64,000 bases of DNA from an uncultured Actinomycetes bacterium (GTDB lineage: Bacteria > Actinomycetota > Thermoleophilia > Gaiellales > JAICJC01): the NCBI GenBank assembly GCA_963737445.1, contig CAVTSO010000019.1, positions 31,694-95,693 on the forward strand. Direction: 5' to 3'. The notes beneath the pieces were generated by a model. That model was given only the letters and a program-made list of their open reading frames with translations. It was not told where the DNA came from and ran no database searches. Position numbers and translations under genes: made by a program. Of this stretch, positions 45,388-56,390 are shown piece after piece (the first letter of the stretch is position 1; each line of letters starts with the position of its first letter).

Positions 45388-45921
45388 CTACAGGAACGCG
45401 CCGCAGGCGCTGAACACGCTGCCGGCGGCGCGACGGCTGTGCTGGCGCAGCCCCAGCAGGCCCACCCGGCTGTAGGGCCGTGGACCGTCGCCCTGGTCGA
45501 ACCAGGTCAGCGCGGCGGCATAGGCGGACAGGCTGGGCACGTAGATGCGAAGCGCGCGCCCGCAGCGGCCGCCGGCCGGGAACAGCACGCGGGCGCTGGA
45601 CACGGCGGCGTCGACCCGCACGTGCAGGCCGTTGACGACACGGCCGATGCACCCGCCCAGGCGATTTGGATCCTTGACCGACCGCCGGCAGTGTTCGATG
45701 CTGCCGCCGAACGCGTCGGCCGCCTGCTCCGCGTCCGCAGCCGCCTGCGCCCACAGTCCGAAGGCGTGGTGGCTGAGGCTGGACGGCACAACCTCGCCGG
45801 GATCGGTCGGCTGCAGCGGCTGCGAGACCGGCGCCGGTGCGCCGCCCGCCGCCAGCAGCACCGCCATGCCCGCCAGGGCGACGGTCACCGCCACCAGGCC
45901 CTGGGCGCGTCGTCCGATCAT
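45388..45921 (-). CDS. secreted hypothetical protein
   Basis: 177 aa; signal/TM GLVAVTVALAGMAVLLAAGGA, four Cys; 6 nt after the upstream stop. Confidence 0.55.
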   Translation of the reverse strand: MIGRRAQGLVAVTVALAGMAVLLAAGGAPAPVSQPLQPTDPGEVVPSSLSHHAFGLWAQAAADAEQAADAFGGSIEHCRRSVKDPNRLGGCIGRVVNGLHVRVDAAVSSARVLFPAGGRCGRALRIYVPSLSAYAAALTWFDQGDGPRPYSRVGLLGLRQHSRRAAGSVFSACGAFL

Positions 45922-45927
45922 CGCCGG

Positions 45928-46257
45928 TCAGGCTTTGATGCCGTGCACCGGCCGGCCCAGCGCCCGCCACTGCCACAGGGTGATCGTGGGCAGCGAGTCC
46001 TCGTAGCGCACGATCTTGGGGTTGCGGCCGACCTGGGCGGCGCGCGCGGCGTGGTCGATCAGGTCGTCGCGCTCCGGCGTGACCACGACGTGGTGGCAGG
46101 CCGTGATGTAGTCGAACACGTCTCCACAGGCCGGGCAGGGCCAGGGATCGGTGCGGATCGCGTACCACTCGCCGTCACCGGTATCGGCGTGATCACCCGA
46201 GAGCAGGTCGGCGAGCTCGTCAACCTCGTAGATGCTGGGAGCTTCGGGAACGCTCAT
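45928..46257 (-). CDS. hypothetical protein with a CPxC motif
   Basis: 109 aa; ..PWPCPACGDVFDYITACHHVVV..; TACCCT hexamer 7 nt upstream of ATG 46257. Confidence 0.55.
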   Translation of the reverse strand: MSVPEAPSIYEVDELADLLSGDHADTGDGEWYAIRTDPWPCPACGDVFDYITACHHVVVTPERDDLIDHAARAAQVGRNPKIVRYEDSLPTITLWQWRALGRPVHGIKA

Positions 46258-46288
46258 GGGCGGCAGGGTAGCAGCGCCCCGCCGGCCC

Positions 46289-47872
46289 CTACATCTGCTC
46301 GGGTGCGTCCACGCCGATCAGATCGAGCGCCGTCGCCAGCACCTGCTTGGTGGCCTTGCACAGCGCCAGCCGGCTGGCCTGGATGTCCGGCGCCTCGCCG
46401 ATCACGCGGCACTGTCCGTAGAACTGGTGGAACTCCTTGGCCGTGTCCTGCATGTAGCTGACCACGCGGTGCGGCCCGCGCCACTCGGCCGCCTCAGTCA
46501 CCATGTCCGGGAACTCGGCCAGCGACTTGACCAGCGCTACCTCGGCCGGCTCCGGCACCCACGAGGCGGCGGGCCGTGCGCCCTCTGCGGCATCGCCGGC
46601 GTTTCTCAGCACCGCCGCGATCCGGGCGTGCGCGTATTGGCAGTAGTAGACCGGGTTCTCGGCGTTCTGCTGGACGAGCAGGTCGAGGTCGAGGTCGATG
46701 GTCTGGTCGTGGGATCGCTGCACCAGCACGAACCGGGCGGCATCGACGCCGACCGCGTCCATCAGGTCGTCCAGCGTCACCACCAGCCCCGCCCGCTTGG
46801 ACATCCGGCCCTCGGTCAGGTGCACCAGCTGGTAGAGCTGCACGTCGATGCGATCGGGGTCGTATCCGAGCGCCGTGGCCGCCGCCTTCAGGCGCCGCAT
46901 GTAGCCGTGGTGATCGGCGCCCAGCACGTAGACGGCGGTGTCGAAGCCGCGTTCCATCTTGGAGACGATGTAGGCGATGTCGCCGGCCAGGTACCCGGGC
47001 TCGCCGTTGGAGCGGACGATCACGCGATCCTTGTCGTCGCCCAGCTCCGCGGAGCGCAACCACAGCGCGCCATCCTGCTCGTAGGTGTGCCCGGCGGCGC
47101 GCACCCGCTCGATGGCGCGCTCGACCGACCCGTCCTCGTACAGCGACCGCTCCAGGAACCAGGAGTCGAAGTGCACGCGGAACCGCTCCAGCGTGGCGCG
47201 GATCTGCGCCATCATCAGCTCAGTCCCGGCCCGCGTCCACTGCTCGAGCGGCGCGTCCGGGCCAAGCCCCAGCTCGGCCGCGATCCCGGCCACGTACTCG
47301 CCGTGGTAGCCGTCCTCAGGCACCTCCTCGCCGCGGCCGCGGGCGCGCAGCGACTCACCGAACAGGTCGACCTGGCGGCCTGCATCGTTGAAGTAGTACT
47401 CGCGCTCGACCTCGTGTCCGGCGAACGAGAACAGCCGCGCCAGCGAGTCGCCGTAGGCGGCGTTGCGTGCGCTGCCAACCGTCACGGGACCGGTCGGGTT
47501 GCCGCTCACGAACTCGACCAGCAGGCGCTGCGGGCGCGCGGTCGCGCCGGCGCCGAAGCGCTCGCCCTCGTCCAGCACGCGCTCCACGACGTGGCCGTAC
47601 CAGCCCGGCTGCAGCCGCAGGTTGATGAACCCCGGCCCGGCGATCTCGGCACCCTCGATCCAGGGCGACTGCAGCTGCTCCACGATCCGCTCGGCGATCT
47701 GGCGGGGCGCCGCCTTCATCGGCTTGGCCAGCGCCAGCGCCACCGCACTCGCGTAGTCGCCGTGCGCGGCGTCGGCCGGTCGGTCGAGCCGCACCGGCTC
47801 GCCGTCGCCACCGGCCGCGCTGACCGCTGCCCGCAGGGGCTCGGCCAGCTCGCTGAGAACGCTACCGCTCAT
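46289..47872 (-). CDS. argS: arginine--tRNA ligase
   Basis: 527 aa from ATG 47872; FVSGNPTGPVTVGSARNAAYGD, DHHGY, RMSKRAG (KMSK-type), C-terminal DALR domain; TACGAT hexamer 6 nt upstream. Confidence 0.95.
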   Translation of the reverse strand: MSGSVLSELAEPLRAAVSAAGGDGEPVRLDRPADAAHGDYASAVALALAKPMKAAPRQIAERIVEQLQSPWIEGAEIAGPGFINLRLQPGWYGHVVERVLDEGERFGAGATARPQRLLVEFVSGNPTGPVTVGSARNAAYGDSLARLFSFAGHEVEREYYFNDAGRQVDLFGESLRARGRGEEVPEDGYHGEYVAGIAAELGLGPDAPLEQWTRAGTELMMAQIRATLERFRVHFDSWFLERSLYEDGSVERAIERVRAAGHTYEQDGALWLRSAELGDDKDRVIVRSNGEPGYLAGDIAYIVSKMERGFDTAVYVLGADHHGYMRRLKAAATALGYDPDRIDVQLYQLVHLTEGRMSKRAGLVVTLDDLMDAVGVDAARFVLVQRSHDQTIDLDLDLLVQQNAENPVYYCQYAHARIAAVLRNAGDAAEGARPAASWVPEPAEVALVKSLAEFPDMVTEAAEWRGPHRVVSYMQDTAKEFHQFYGQCRVIGEAPDIQASRLALCKATKQVLATALDLIGVDAPEQM

Positions 47873-47878
47873 GGAACC

Positions 47879-47884
47879 ATCGTA
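47879..47884 (-). promoter_or_regulatory. candidate -10 hexamer TACGAT (leaderless argS)
   Basis: TANNNT hexamer 6 nt upstream of ATG 47872 on the minus strand. Confidence 0.4.
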
Positions 47885-47885
47885 G

Positions 47886-47891
47886 TAGGGT
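47886..47891 (+). promoter_or_regulatory. candidate -10 hexamer TAGGGT (leaderless DUF3467 gene)
   Basis: TANNNT hexamer 6 nt upstream of ATG 47898; the whole divergent spacer is only 25 bp. Confidence 0.4.
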
Positions 47892-47897
47892 GGCGCG

Positions 47898-48230
47898 ATG
47901 GAAGACGCCCCAGGCGAACGGCACCTGAACATCCACTTCACGCCGGAGATCATGGCCGGCGTCTACGCCAACTTCGCCAACGTCAGCCACTCGCCCTACG
48001 AGTTCACGATCACCTTCGCCCGCGTCGACCACGAGGTCGAGGAGGAGGAGGTGCCGGGCGTCGTCGTCGCCCGCGTCAACCTGTCACCGCGCTTCATGCA
48101 GGAGCTGATCGAGGCGATGGAGGACAACTACTCCAAGTGGCGCACCCGCGAGGGCATCAAGAGCCTGCCCGAGTTCGACGGCGAGAGCGACGACGACTAC
48201 GGCGCCGAGGAAGAAGACGCCGAGGAGTAG
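47898..48230 (+). CDS. DUF3467 domain-containing protein
   Basis: 110 aa; GVYANFANVSHSPYEFTITFARVD, acidic tail. Confidence 0.75.
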   Translation: MEDAPGERHLNIHFTPEIMAGVYANFANVSHSPYEFTITFARVDHEVEEEEVPGVVVARVNLSPRFMQELIEAMEDNYSKWRTREGIKSLPEFDGESDDDYGAEEEDAEE

Positions 48231-49396
48231 CCGCGGGCGACCGCGATCCGGTCCATCACCGGCGGATGGTCGAACAGCGCCCACACGATCCACCGCGGCG
48301 GCGCCGGGTTGGAGAGGTTGGTGATGGCCAGCCGCCGCTGCAGCGCCTCCATCCCGGTCGGATCGTGCGTGGCCCGCAGGGCCGCCCAGTCGGCCTCGGC
48401 CTCGATCCGGCGTGAGATCAGGTTCTCGACCGGCAGCAGCAACGTCGCCGCGGTCAGGGCGCAGGCCAGGATCACCGGCACCGCGGAGGCCTCGAGCAGC
48501 CGTCCCCGGCAGAGCCGGGAGGCCGCCGCCAGCACCAGCAGGATCGCGGGCACGCCGACTACTCCAAACCAGAGCACGCCCTTCAGCGTGTGCATGCGCT
48601 GCACGTGGCCGAGCTCGTGCGCCAGCAACGCCCGCAGTTGGGCCGGCGGGGCATGCAGGGCGGTATCGTCGACGACCACGCGCACGGTCGGCCCCAGCCC
48701 GTCCACCTTGGCATTCTCGCCGGTGGTGCGCGACGAGGCGTCGGCCACCCGGATCGAGGCGGGGTGCACGCCCATCGTGTGCTCCAGCGCTGCGGCCCGC
48801 GCGGCCACCGCCGCCGGCAGCGGCCGCGTCGACATGAACAGCGGGTCGATCAGCACCGGCTGCACCAGGGTGAAGACCGCGACCGCGATCCAGGCCGCGA
48901 GGGCGACACCGGCCGGCCCGAACCGCCGGTAGGCGATCCGCCCCAGCCCGTACACCACGGCCACCGCCACCGCCTGGACGGCGCAGGCCAGCAGCGCGTC
49001 GCGCGCCCAGCCGGCGTTGCTCTGCAGGTCGAGGCCGACGTCCACCGCCCGGCGGTGCGCCCAGAAGTCGAACGGCAGCGCCGCGGCCGAGATCGCGAAC
49101 GCGCCGGCCGCAGCCGCCAGGATCGCCGGCATGCGGGCCGCCAGCGGGCGCGCCCACAGCGCCAGCAGCCAGGCCACGAGCAGCTGCACGGCCAGCGCCG
49201 CCAGCGTGATCGCGTAGCCGAGGTTGCGGTAGTCCTGGGCGCGGTGGATCTGCGACGAGCTGAGGACCGACCTGGCCGGCGGCACCGGCGAGGGGCCGGG
49301 CAGCACCGCCGACGTCCACAGCCACACGCTCAGCGCGATCAGCAGTAGGACGGGCAGAATGATGCGGCGCACGGCGTCGGTAGAGTACCGACGCAT
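48197..49396 (-). CDS. M48 family metallopeptidase (Ste24/HtpX-like)
   Basis: 399 aa from ATG 49396 (RBS ggagagaggg); multi-TM N-terminus, HELGH zinc motif, E...D downstream; 34-nt convergent overlap with the DUF3467 gene. Confidence 0.8.
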   Translation of the reverse strand: MRRYSTDAVRRIILPVLLLIALSVWLWTSAVLPGPSPVPPARSVLSSSQIHRAQDYRNLGYAITLAALAVQLLVAWLLALWARPLAARMPAILAAAAGAFAISAAALPFDFWAHRRAVDVGLDLQSNAGWARDALLACAVQAVAVAVVYGLGRIAYRRFGPAGVALAAWIAVAVFTLVQPVLIDPLFMSTRPLPAAVAARAAALEHTMGVHPASIRVADASSRTTGENAKVDGLGPTVRVVVDDTALHAPPAQLRALLAHELGHVQRMHTLKGVLWFGVVGVPAILLVLAAASRLCRGRLLEASAVPVILACALTAATLLLPVENLISRRIEAEADWAALRATHDPTGMEALQRRLAITNLSNPAPPRWIVWALFDHPPVMDRIAVARGYSSASSSSAP

Positions 49397-49435
49397 GCCG
49401 GTCGACCCTCTCTCCCCGACGCGGCACCCGGTTCC

Positions 49436-50164
49436 ATGAAAGCGGTCATTCTCTCCGACGTCCACGGCAACCTGCCGGCACTCGAGGCGGTGCTGGAGGC
49501 TGCCGAGCAGGAGGGCGCCGAGGAGCTGTGGTGCCTGGGCGATCTGGTCGGCTACAACGCCGATCCCGAGGCATGCACCGGTGCGCTGATCGAGGTGTCC
49601 GACATCTGTCTGTCCGGCAACCACGACCTGGTCGTGAACGGCACCGTCGACATCAGCGTGTTCGCGCACGATGCCGCAGTGGCCGCGCGCTGGGCCAAGG
49701 AGACGCTCAGCGCGGAGGCGCTGGAGCAGCTGCGGGCGCTGCAGCCGAGCGGCGAGCGGGCCGGCATCGAACTGCACCACGCGAGCCCGCGCGATCCCGT
49801 CTGGGAGTACGTGATCGACCAGCGCACGGCGCAGAGCTGCCTGGACGTGATGAACCGGGACATCTGCCTGATCGGCCACAGCCACGTTCCGCTGGCGTAC
49901 TCGCCGGGCCGGCACGGCCGCGCCAACGGCGGCTACTCGGAGCCGGGCACGCGCGCGCTGGACGGCGGCCGCTGGCTGCTGAACCCGGGCTCGGTCGGCC
50001 AGCCGCGCGACAGCGACCCGCGCGCCGCGTACATGGTGCTCGACCTGGACGCGGCCACGGCCACCTGGCGGCGGGTGGACTACGACATCGAGCGCGCGCA
50101 GCGCGCGATCGCGGACGCGGGGCTGCCGGCGAGCCTTGCGTGGAGGCTGGGCGAGGGCAGGTAG
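49436..50164 (+). CDS. metallophosphoesterase family protein (YfcE/MJ0936-like)
   Basis: 242 aa; ILSDVHGN, LGDLVGY, GNHD, GHSH, GS.G.PRD. Confidence 0.85.
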   Translation: MKAVILSDVHGNLPALEAVLEAAEQEGAEELWCLGDLVGYNADPEACTGALIEVSDICLSGNHDLVVNGTVDISVFAHDAAVAARWAKETLSAEALEQLRALQPSGERAGIELHHASPRDPVWEYVIDQRTAQSCLDVMNRDICLIGHSHVPLAYSPGRHGRANGGYSEPGTRALDGGRWLLNPGSVGQPRDSDPRAAYMVLDLDAATATWRRVDYDIERAQRAIADAGLPASLAWRLGEGR

Positions 50165-50243
50165 GTCAGACGCTCGCGCGGCTCAAGGGTCTGGCTTCAG
50201 CCTGACCCTGCCGAAGCACCACCCCTCATCGAGCAGGCGTGGC

Positions 50244-50825
50244 TTAGGCAGTGCGCTTGGTGCCGCGTGGCGCGCGCCCGTAGCCCTGCAGCTGCAGCTC
50301 GGCGGCGACCGTCTCGCGGGCCTTGTAGATCCGCCACTTGACCGTCGCCAGGGTGGTGTGCAGCGACTCGGCGATCTCGGCGTAGCTGAGGCCGACCACG
50401 TCGCGCAGCAGCAGCGCCATCTTCAGGTCGATCGGGAGCGCGCCGATCGCCCGCCAGACCGTGTCCATCTCCTCGATTGCCTCGGTCTCGATCCGCACCG
50501 GGTGCAGATGCGCGACCACGTCCAGCTCGACCGCCGGCCGCCCGCGCCGCTCGCGCGCCCGCAGCTCGTCCACCACTCGGTGCTTTGCCACCTGGAACAT
50601 CCAGGTCGTGAACTGGCAGCGCGCGTCGAAGCCGGGAAGCGCCTGGTAGACCCGCAGGAAGACCTCCTGGCACATGTCCTCGGCGAGCGCCTGGTCGCCC
50701 GCCAGCACGCGGGTGATGTAGTTCAGCAGTGGCACCTGGTACTGGCGCACGATCACTGCAAACGCACGCTCGTCTCCGTGTCGTGCGAGCCTAAGGACGT
50801 CGGGGTCTGGCTGCTGGAGTGCCAA
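50244..50825 (-). CDS. ECF-type RNA polymerase sigma-70 factor
   Basis: 193 aa; region 2 (ALAEDMCQEVFLRVYQAL..F......TWMFQVAKHRVVDELR) and region 4 (LLLRDVVGLSYAEIAESLHTTLATVKWRIYKAR); TTG start is uncertain; no anti-sigma gene is adjacent. Confidence 0.85.
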   Translation of the reverse strand: MALQQPDPDVLRLARHGDERAFAVIVRQYQVPLLNYITRVLAGDQALAEDMCQEVFLRVYQALPGFDARCQFTTWMFQVAKHRVVDELRARERRGRPAVELDVVAHLHPVRIETEAIEEMDTVWRAIGALPIDLKMALLLRDVVGLSYAEIAESLHTTLATVKWRIYKARETVAAELQLQGYGRAPRGTKRTA

Positions 50826-50896
50826 GTTGTGTCGGGATGGTTACGAAAACCGCCGGAACTGTACACCAGGTACATGCCGAGCGGGCAAAGCCTTCC

Positions 50897-52393
50897 TCAC
50901 AGGACAGCAGCCAGCAGGCTGAGGCCGTCCATCTCCTCCGGCTGGGGCAGCCCCAGCAGCTCCAGAACGGTCGGTGCGATGTCGGCCAGGCGGCCACCCT
51001 CGCGCAGCGAACCGGCGTAGCCGACGGCGATCAGCGGCACCGGGTTGGTGGTGTGCGCGGTGTGCGGGCTGCCGTCCGGCTCCAGCATCCGCTCGGCGTT
51101 TCCGTGGTCGGCGGTGACCAGACACACGCCGCCGGCTCGCTCGACCACGGCGGTCACGCGGCCGAGGCAGCGGTCGACGGTCTCCACCGCCACCACCACG
51201 GCCGGGATCACGCCGCTGTGGCCGACCATGTCGGCGTTGGCGAAGTTGACCAGGCCGAACCCGTACGCGCCCGTCGCGATGCCGTCGCAGAACAGGTCGC
51301 AGACGCCCTCGGCGCTCATGGCCGGCTTCAGGTCGTAGGTGGCCACGTCGCGCGGCGAGTCGACGAGCGACCAACGCTCGCCCTCGCTGCGCCGCTCGCT
51401 GCCGCCGTCGAAGAAGTAGGTGACGTGCGGGTACTTCTCCGTCTCGGCCACGTGCAGCTGCGACACGCCGTTTGACGCCAGCACCTGCGCCAGCACCGAG
51501 GTCACCGACTGTGACGGGTAGGCAACCGGCGCGTGGAAGTCCTCCGAGTACTCGGTCATCTGCACCAGAGCGGGTAGCGGCGGGTCATCCCCGCGGTCGA
51601 ACTCGTCGAAGCCGGGCTCGAGCAGCGCCCGGAACAGCTGCCGGCAGCGATCCGGCCGGAAGTTGAAGAAGACCACGGCATCCTCGCCGCGCACCCGCGC
51701 CTGCGCCGGGTCGCCGACCACCATCGGCTCGATGAACTCGTCGGTGATGCCGCGCTCGTACCCGGCCCGCACGGCGGACACCGGATCGTCGGTCACGGCG
51801 CCGACGCCGTGCACCATCGCATCGTAGGCGCGCTTCGTCCGATCCCAGCGGCGATCTCGGTCCATGCCGAAGTAGCGCCCGCACACCGTTGCCAGATTAG
51901 GCACCGTCTCCAGGAACCCGGCGCCGCTGGTGGGCGAGACGTCGCGCCCGTCGGTGAACGCGTGGACGTGCATGCGCTCGACGCCCTCCCTGCGCGCCAT
52001 CTCGATCAGCGCGTGCAGGTGGCGGATGTGGCTGTGCACGCCGCCGTCCGACACCAGCCCGACCAGGTGCAGGGCCGCGCCGCGGCCGCGCGCGCAGGCG
52101 TCCAACAGCACCTGGTTGCGGCAGATCCCACCGGAGGCGACGTCCTCGTCGATCCGAACCAGATCCTGCAACAGCACGCGCCCGGCGCCCAGGTTTAGGT
52201 GGCCTACCTCCGAGTTGCCCATCTGGCCGTCGGGCAGGCCGACAGCCCGACCCGAGGCGGCCAGCGCGGTGCGCGGACCGGCCGCCCAGAGGCGGTCGAA
52301 GACGGGCGTGTCGGCCAGGTCGACCGCGTTGCCGGGCCCCGGCGGAGCGAGCCCCCAGCCGTCCAGCACCACCAGGCAGACAGGCCCGCTCAC
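50897..52393 (-). CDS. gpmI: 2,3-bisphosphoglycerate-independent phosphoglycerate mutase
   Basis: 498 aa from GTG 52393 (GTGA overlap with the tpiA stop); LVVLDGWG, GNSEVGHLNLGAGR, SDGGVHSH, TADHGNAE. Confidence 0.95.
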   Translation of the reverse strand: MSGPVCLVVLDGWGLAPPGPGNAVDLADTPVFDRLWAAGPRTALAASGRAVGLPDGQMGNSEVGHLNLGAGRVLLQDLVRIDEDVASGGICRNQVLLDACARGRGAALHLVGLVSDGGVHSHIRHLHALIEMARREGVERMHVHAFTDGRDVSPTSGAGFLETVPNLATVCGRYFGMDRDRRWDRTKRAYDAMVHGVGAVTDDPVSAVRAGYERGITDEFIEPMVVGDPAQARVRGEDAVVFFNFRPDRCRQLFRALLEPGFDEFDRGDDPPLPALVQMTEYSEDFHAPVAYPSQSVTSVLAQVLASNGVSQLHVAETEKYPHVTYFFDGGSERRSEGERWSLVDSPRDVATYDLKPAMSAEGVCDLFCDGIATGAYGFGLVNFANADMVGHSGVIPAVVVAVETVDRCLGRVTAVVERAGGVCLVTADHGNAERMLEPDGSPHTAHTTNPVPLIAVGYAGSLREGGRLADIAPTVLELLGLPQPEEMDGLSLLAAVL

Positions 52394-53120
52394 GTCGCCG
52401 CGGCCACGATCGCCAGGAAGGCGTCGGCCTCCAGGCTGGCGCCGCCGATCAGGCCGCCGTCGATGTCCGGCTGGGCCAAGAGCTCGGCGGCGTTGTCGGG
52501 CTTCATGCTTCCGCCGTACTGGATGCGGATCTGCTCGCCGATCTCGGCCGGGAAGCGCCGGCGGATGAAGCGGTGGGCCTCCTCGGCCAGCTCGGGCGTG
52601 GCCGTGCGGCCGGTGCCGATCGCCCAGATCGGCTCGTAGGCAATGGTCAGCCGACCGGCGTGGGACGCGGCGCCCGAGTCGCCGATCTGGCGGGCCAGCA
52701 CCCGCTCGGTCTCGCCGGCCTCGCGCTGCTGCTCGGTCTCGCCCACGGCCAGGATCACGTCCAGGCCGGCGGCGTCGGCCGCTGCCAGCTTCTCGGCCAG
52801 GGCGTCGTCGGTCTCGCCGAAGTACTGGCGCCGCTCCGAGTGCCCCAGCAGCACGCCGTGCACGCCCAGGTCGAGCAGCATGGCCGCGGAGATCTCGCCG
52901 GTGAACGCACCCTGCGCGGCCTGGTGCATGTTCTGGGCGTAGACGCGCAGCTGCGATCCGGCCGCCGCCCGCACCGCCTCGGCCAGCGACGTGAAGGGTA
53001 CGCACACGGCCACCTCCGGCCCATCCGGCAGCCGTGCCGCCAGGTCGGCAACGAACGGGCCGGTCTCGCCGGCGGTCTTGTGCATCTTCCAGTTGCCGGC
53101 CACGAACGGCCGCCGCCCGC

Positions 53121-53124
<4 letters not shown>
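52390..53124 (-). CDS. tpiA: triose-phosphate isomerase
   Basis: 244 aa; VAGNWKMHKT, LLGHSERR, YEPIWAIGTG, YGGS. Confidence 0.95.
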
Positions 53125-55336
<2,212 letters not shown>

Positions 55337-55340
55337 TCAG

Positions 55341-55421
55341 CTTGTGGGTGACCGGCAAGATCGGGCAGCGTCAGATGGGGTCTAAGGTCTGTCGCGCAAG
55401 GGATGCCGGGTCACCCACAAG
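55341..55421 (-). other. long-range inverted repeat (16-bp stem with one bulge, ~48-nt loop) in the whiA-gap spacer; possible RNA structure in the gap leader
   Basis: 55341-55356 cttgtgggtgaccggc pairs with 55405-55421 gccgggtcacccacaag. Confidence 0.5.
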
Positions 55422-55478
55422 CCTTGTCTACCTATGATCGCTGGCGCTCGTTTTTCGGGTAACACCCACTTGGGGGAT

Positions 55479-55507
55479 ATTTTAGGTTTTTGTAAGGGAA
55501 ATGAGAA
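55479..55507 (-). promoter_or_regulatory. candidate sigma-70-type promoter for gap (TTCTCA-17 nt-TAAAAT) in an AT-rich patch overlapping the whiA stop
   Basis: Minus strand: -35 ttctca (55502-55507), 17-nt spacer, -10 taaaat (55479-55484); would give a ~210-nt leader containing the 55341-55421 hairpin. Confidence 0.35.
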
Positions 55508-56390
55508 CTTTCATGCGACGGGCCACCGCAGACTTGGTCATCGGCGGGTGCGCGCGCTCGCCCAATTCGGCCAGGGAACTGGATGGATTGGCCATCCTCA
55601 GCTCCGCCACGCGGCGCAGCTGGGGATCGAGCAGCTCCAGGTCGAGCAAGGCGATCGCCTCGCTCTGGCGGTGGGCGGCGGCGCTCGTCCGGCCCAGGTT
55701 GGCCCGGTCGCAGTTGGTCAGCCGGTTGGCGGCTTCGCGGGTGGCGCTGATCACCTCGGCCTCCTGCAGCGACAGCACAGCGTCGTGGGCGCCGACCAGC
55801 GCCAGCAGGTCGCGGATCGCGTCGCGCGACTTCAGGTAGGCGATGGCGTGGCCGCGCCGGGAGGCCGTGCGCATCGGGATCTCCTCCGCCGCGGCCACCT
55901 CGGCCAGCGCCTCGGCCGCCTCCAGCTCGGCGGTGCGCACCTCGAGGTGGGCCGGCTGCCGCGGCGCCGACACCGAGCCGGCCGCCACCAGCGCGCCGCG
56001 CAGGTAGGCGCCGCGGCAGCAGGCGCGGTTCAGCAGCCGCCGCGGCGGTCGCTCCAGCGGCGTCAGCGCCTCCGACAGCACGCCCGCCTCGTGCAGCAGC
56101 TGGATGCTGGTACCGCCGGCGATCCGCAGCAGCACGCGGTTTCGGCGCTGGAACCGGTGCTCGCGGAACGACAGGATCTCGCAGTCGGCTCCGCGCTCAC
56201 GCAGCAGCGTGAAGGCCAGGCGGGCGGCGGCTGGATCGGCCAGCTCGGCGACCGCCGCCAGCTCTCCCCCGCTCCGCACCTGCAGGCTGCCGGCGTGGCG
56301 GATCAGGCCGGAGAGAAAGGCCAGCCGGCAGCAGCTCTTGGCAGGCGGCCGCTCAACCAGCTCGTGCCGGACGTCCTCACTGAAGCTCAT
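55482..56390 (-). CDS. whiA: DNA-binding protein WhiA
   Basis: 302 aa from ATG 56390; SFSEDVRHEL....P.KSCCRLAFLSGLIR, LNRACCRGAYLRGA, C-terminal HTH LAELGE....MTKSAVARRMK; the last 8 codons are unusually AT-rich. Confidence 0.9.
   Translation of the reverse strand: MSFSEDVRHELVERPPAKSCCRLAFLSGLIRHAGSLQVRSGGELAAVAELADPAAARLAFTLLRERGADCEILSFREHRFQRRNRVLLRIAGGTSIQLLHEAGVLSEALTPLERPPRRLLNRACCRGAYLRGALVAAGSVSAPRQPAHLEVRTAELEAAEALAEVAAAEEIPMRTASRRGHAIAYLKSRDAIRDLLALVGAHDAVLSLQEAEVISATREAANRLTNCDRANLGRTSAAAHRQSEAIALLDLELLDPQLRRVAELRMANPSSSLAELGERAHPPMTKSAVARRMKVLISLTKT

Noticed and set aside
50860-50874. Small inverted repeat tgtac-accag-gtaca upstream of the ECF sigma gene, and a GGAAC-like motif nearby, as an autoregulatory ECF promoter
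   Set aside because: The arms are only 5 bp. The GGAAC motif is on the wrong strand relative to the sigma gene, and no matching -10 (CGT-type) lies at the right spacing.
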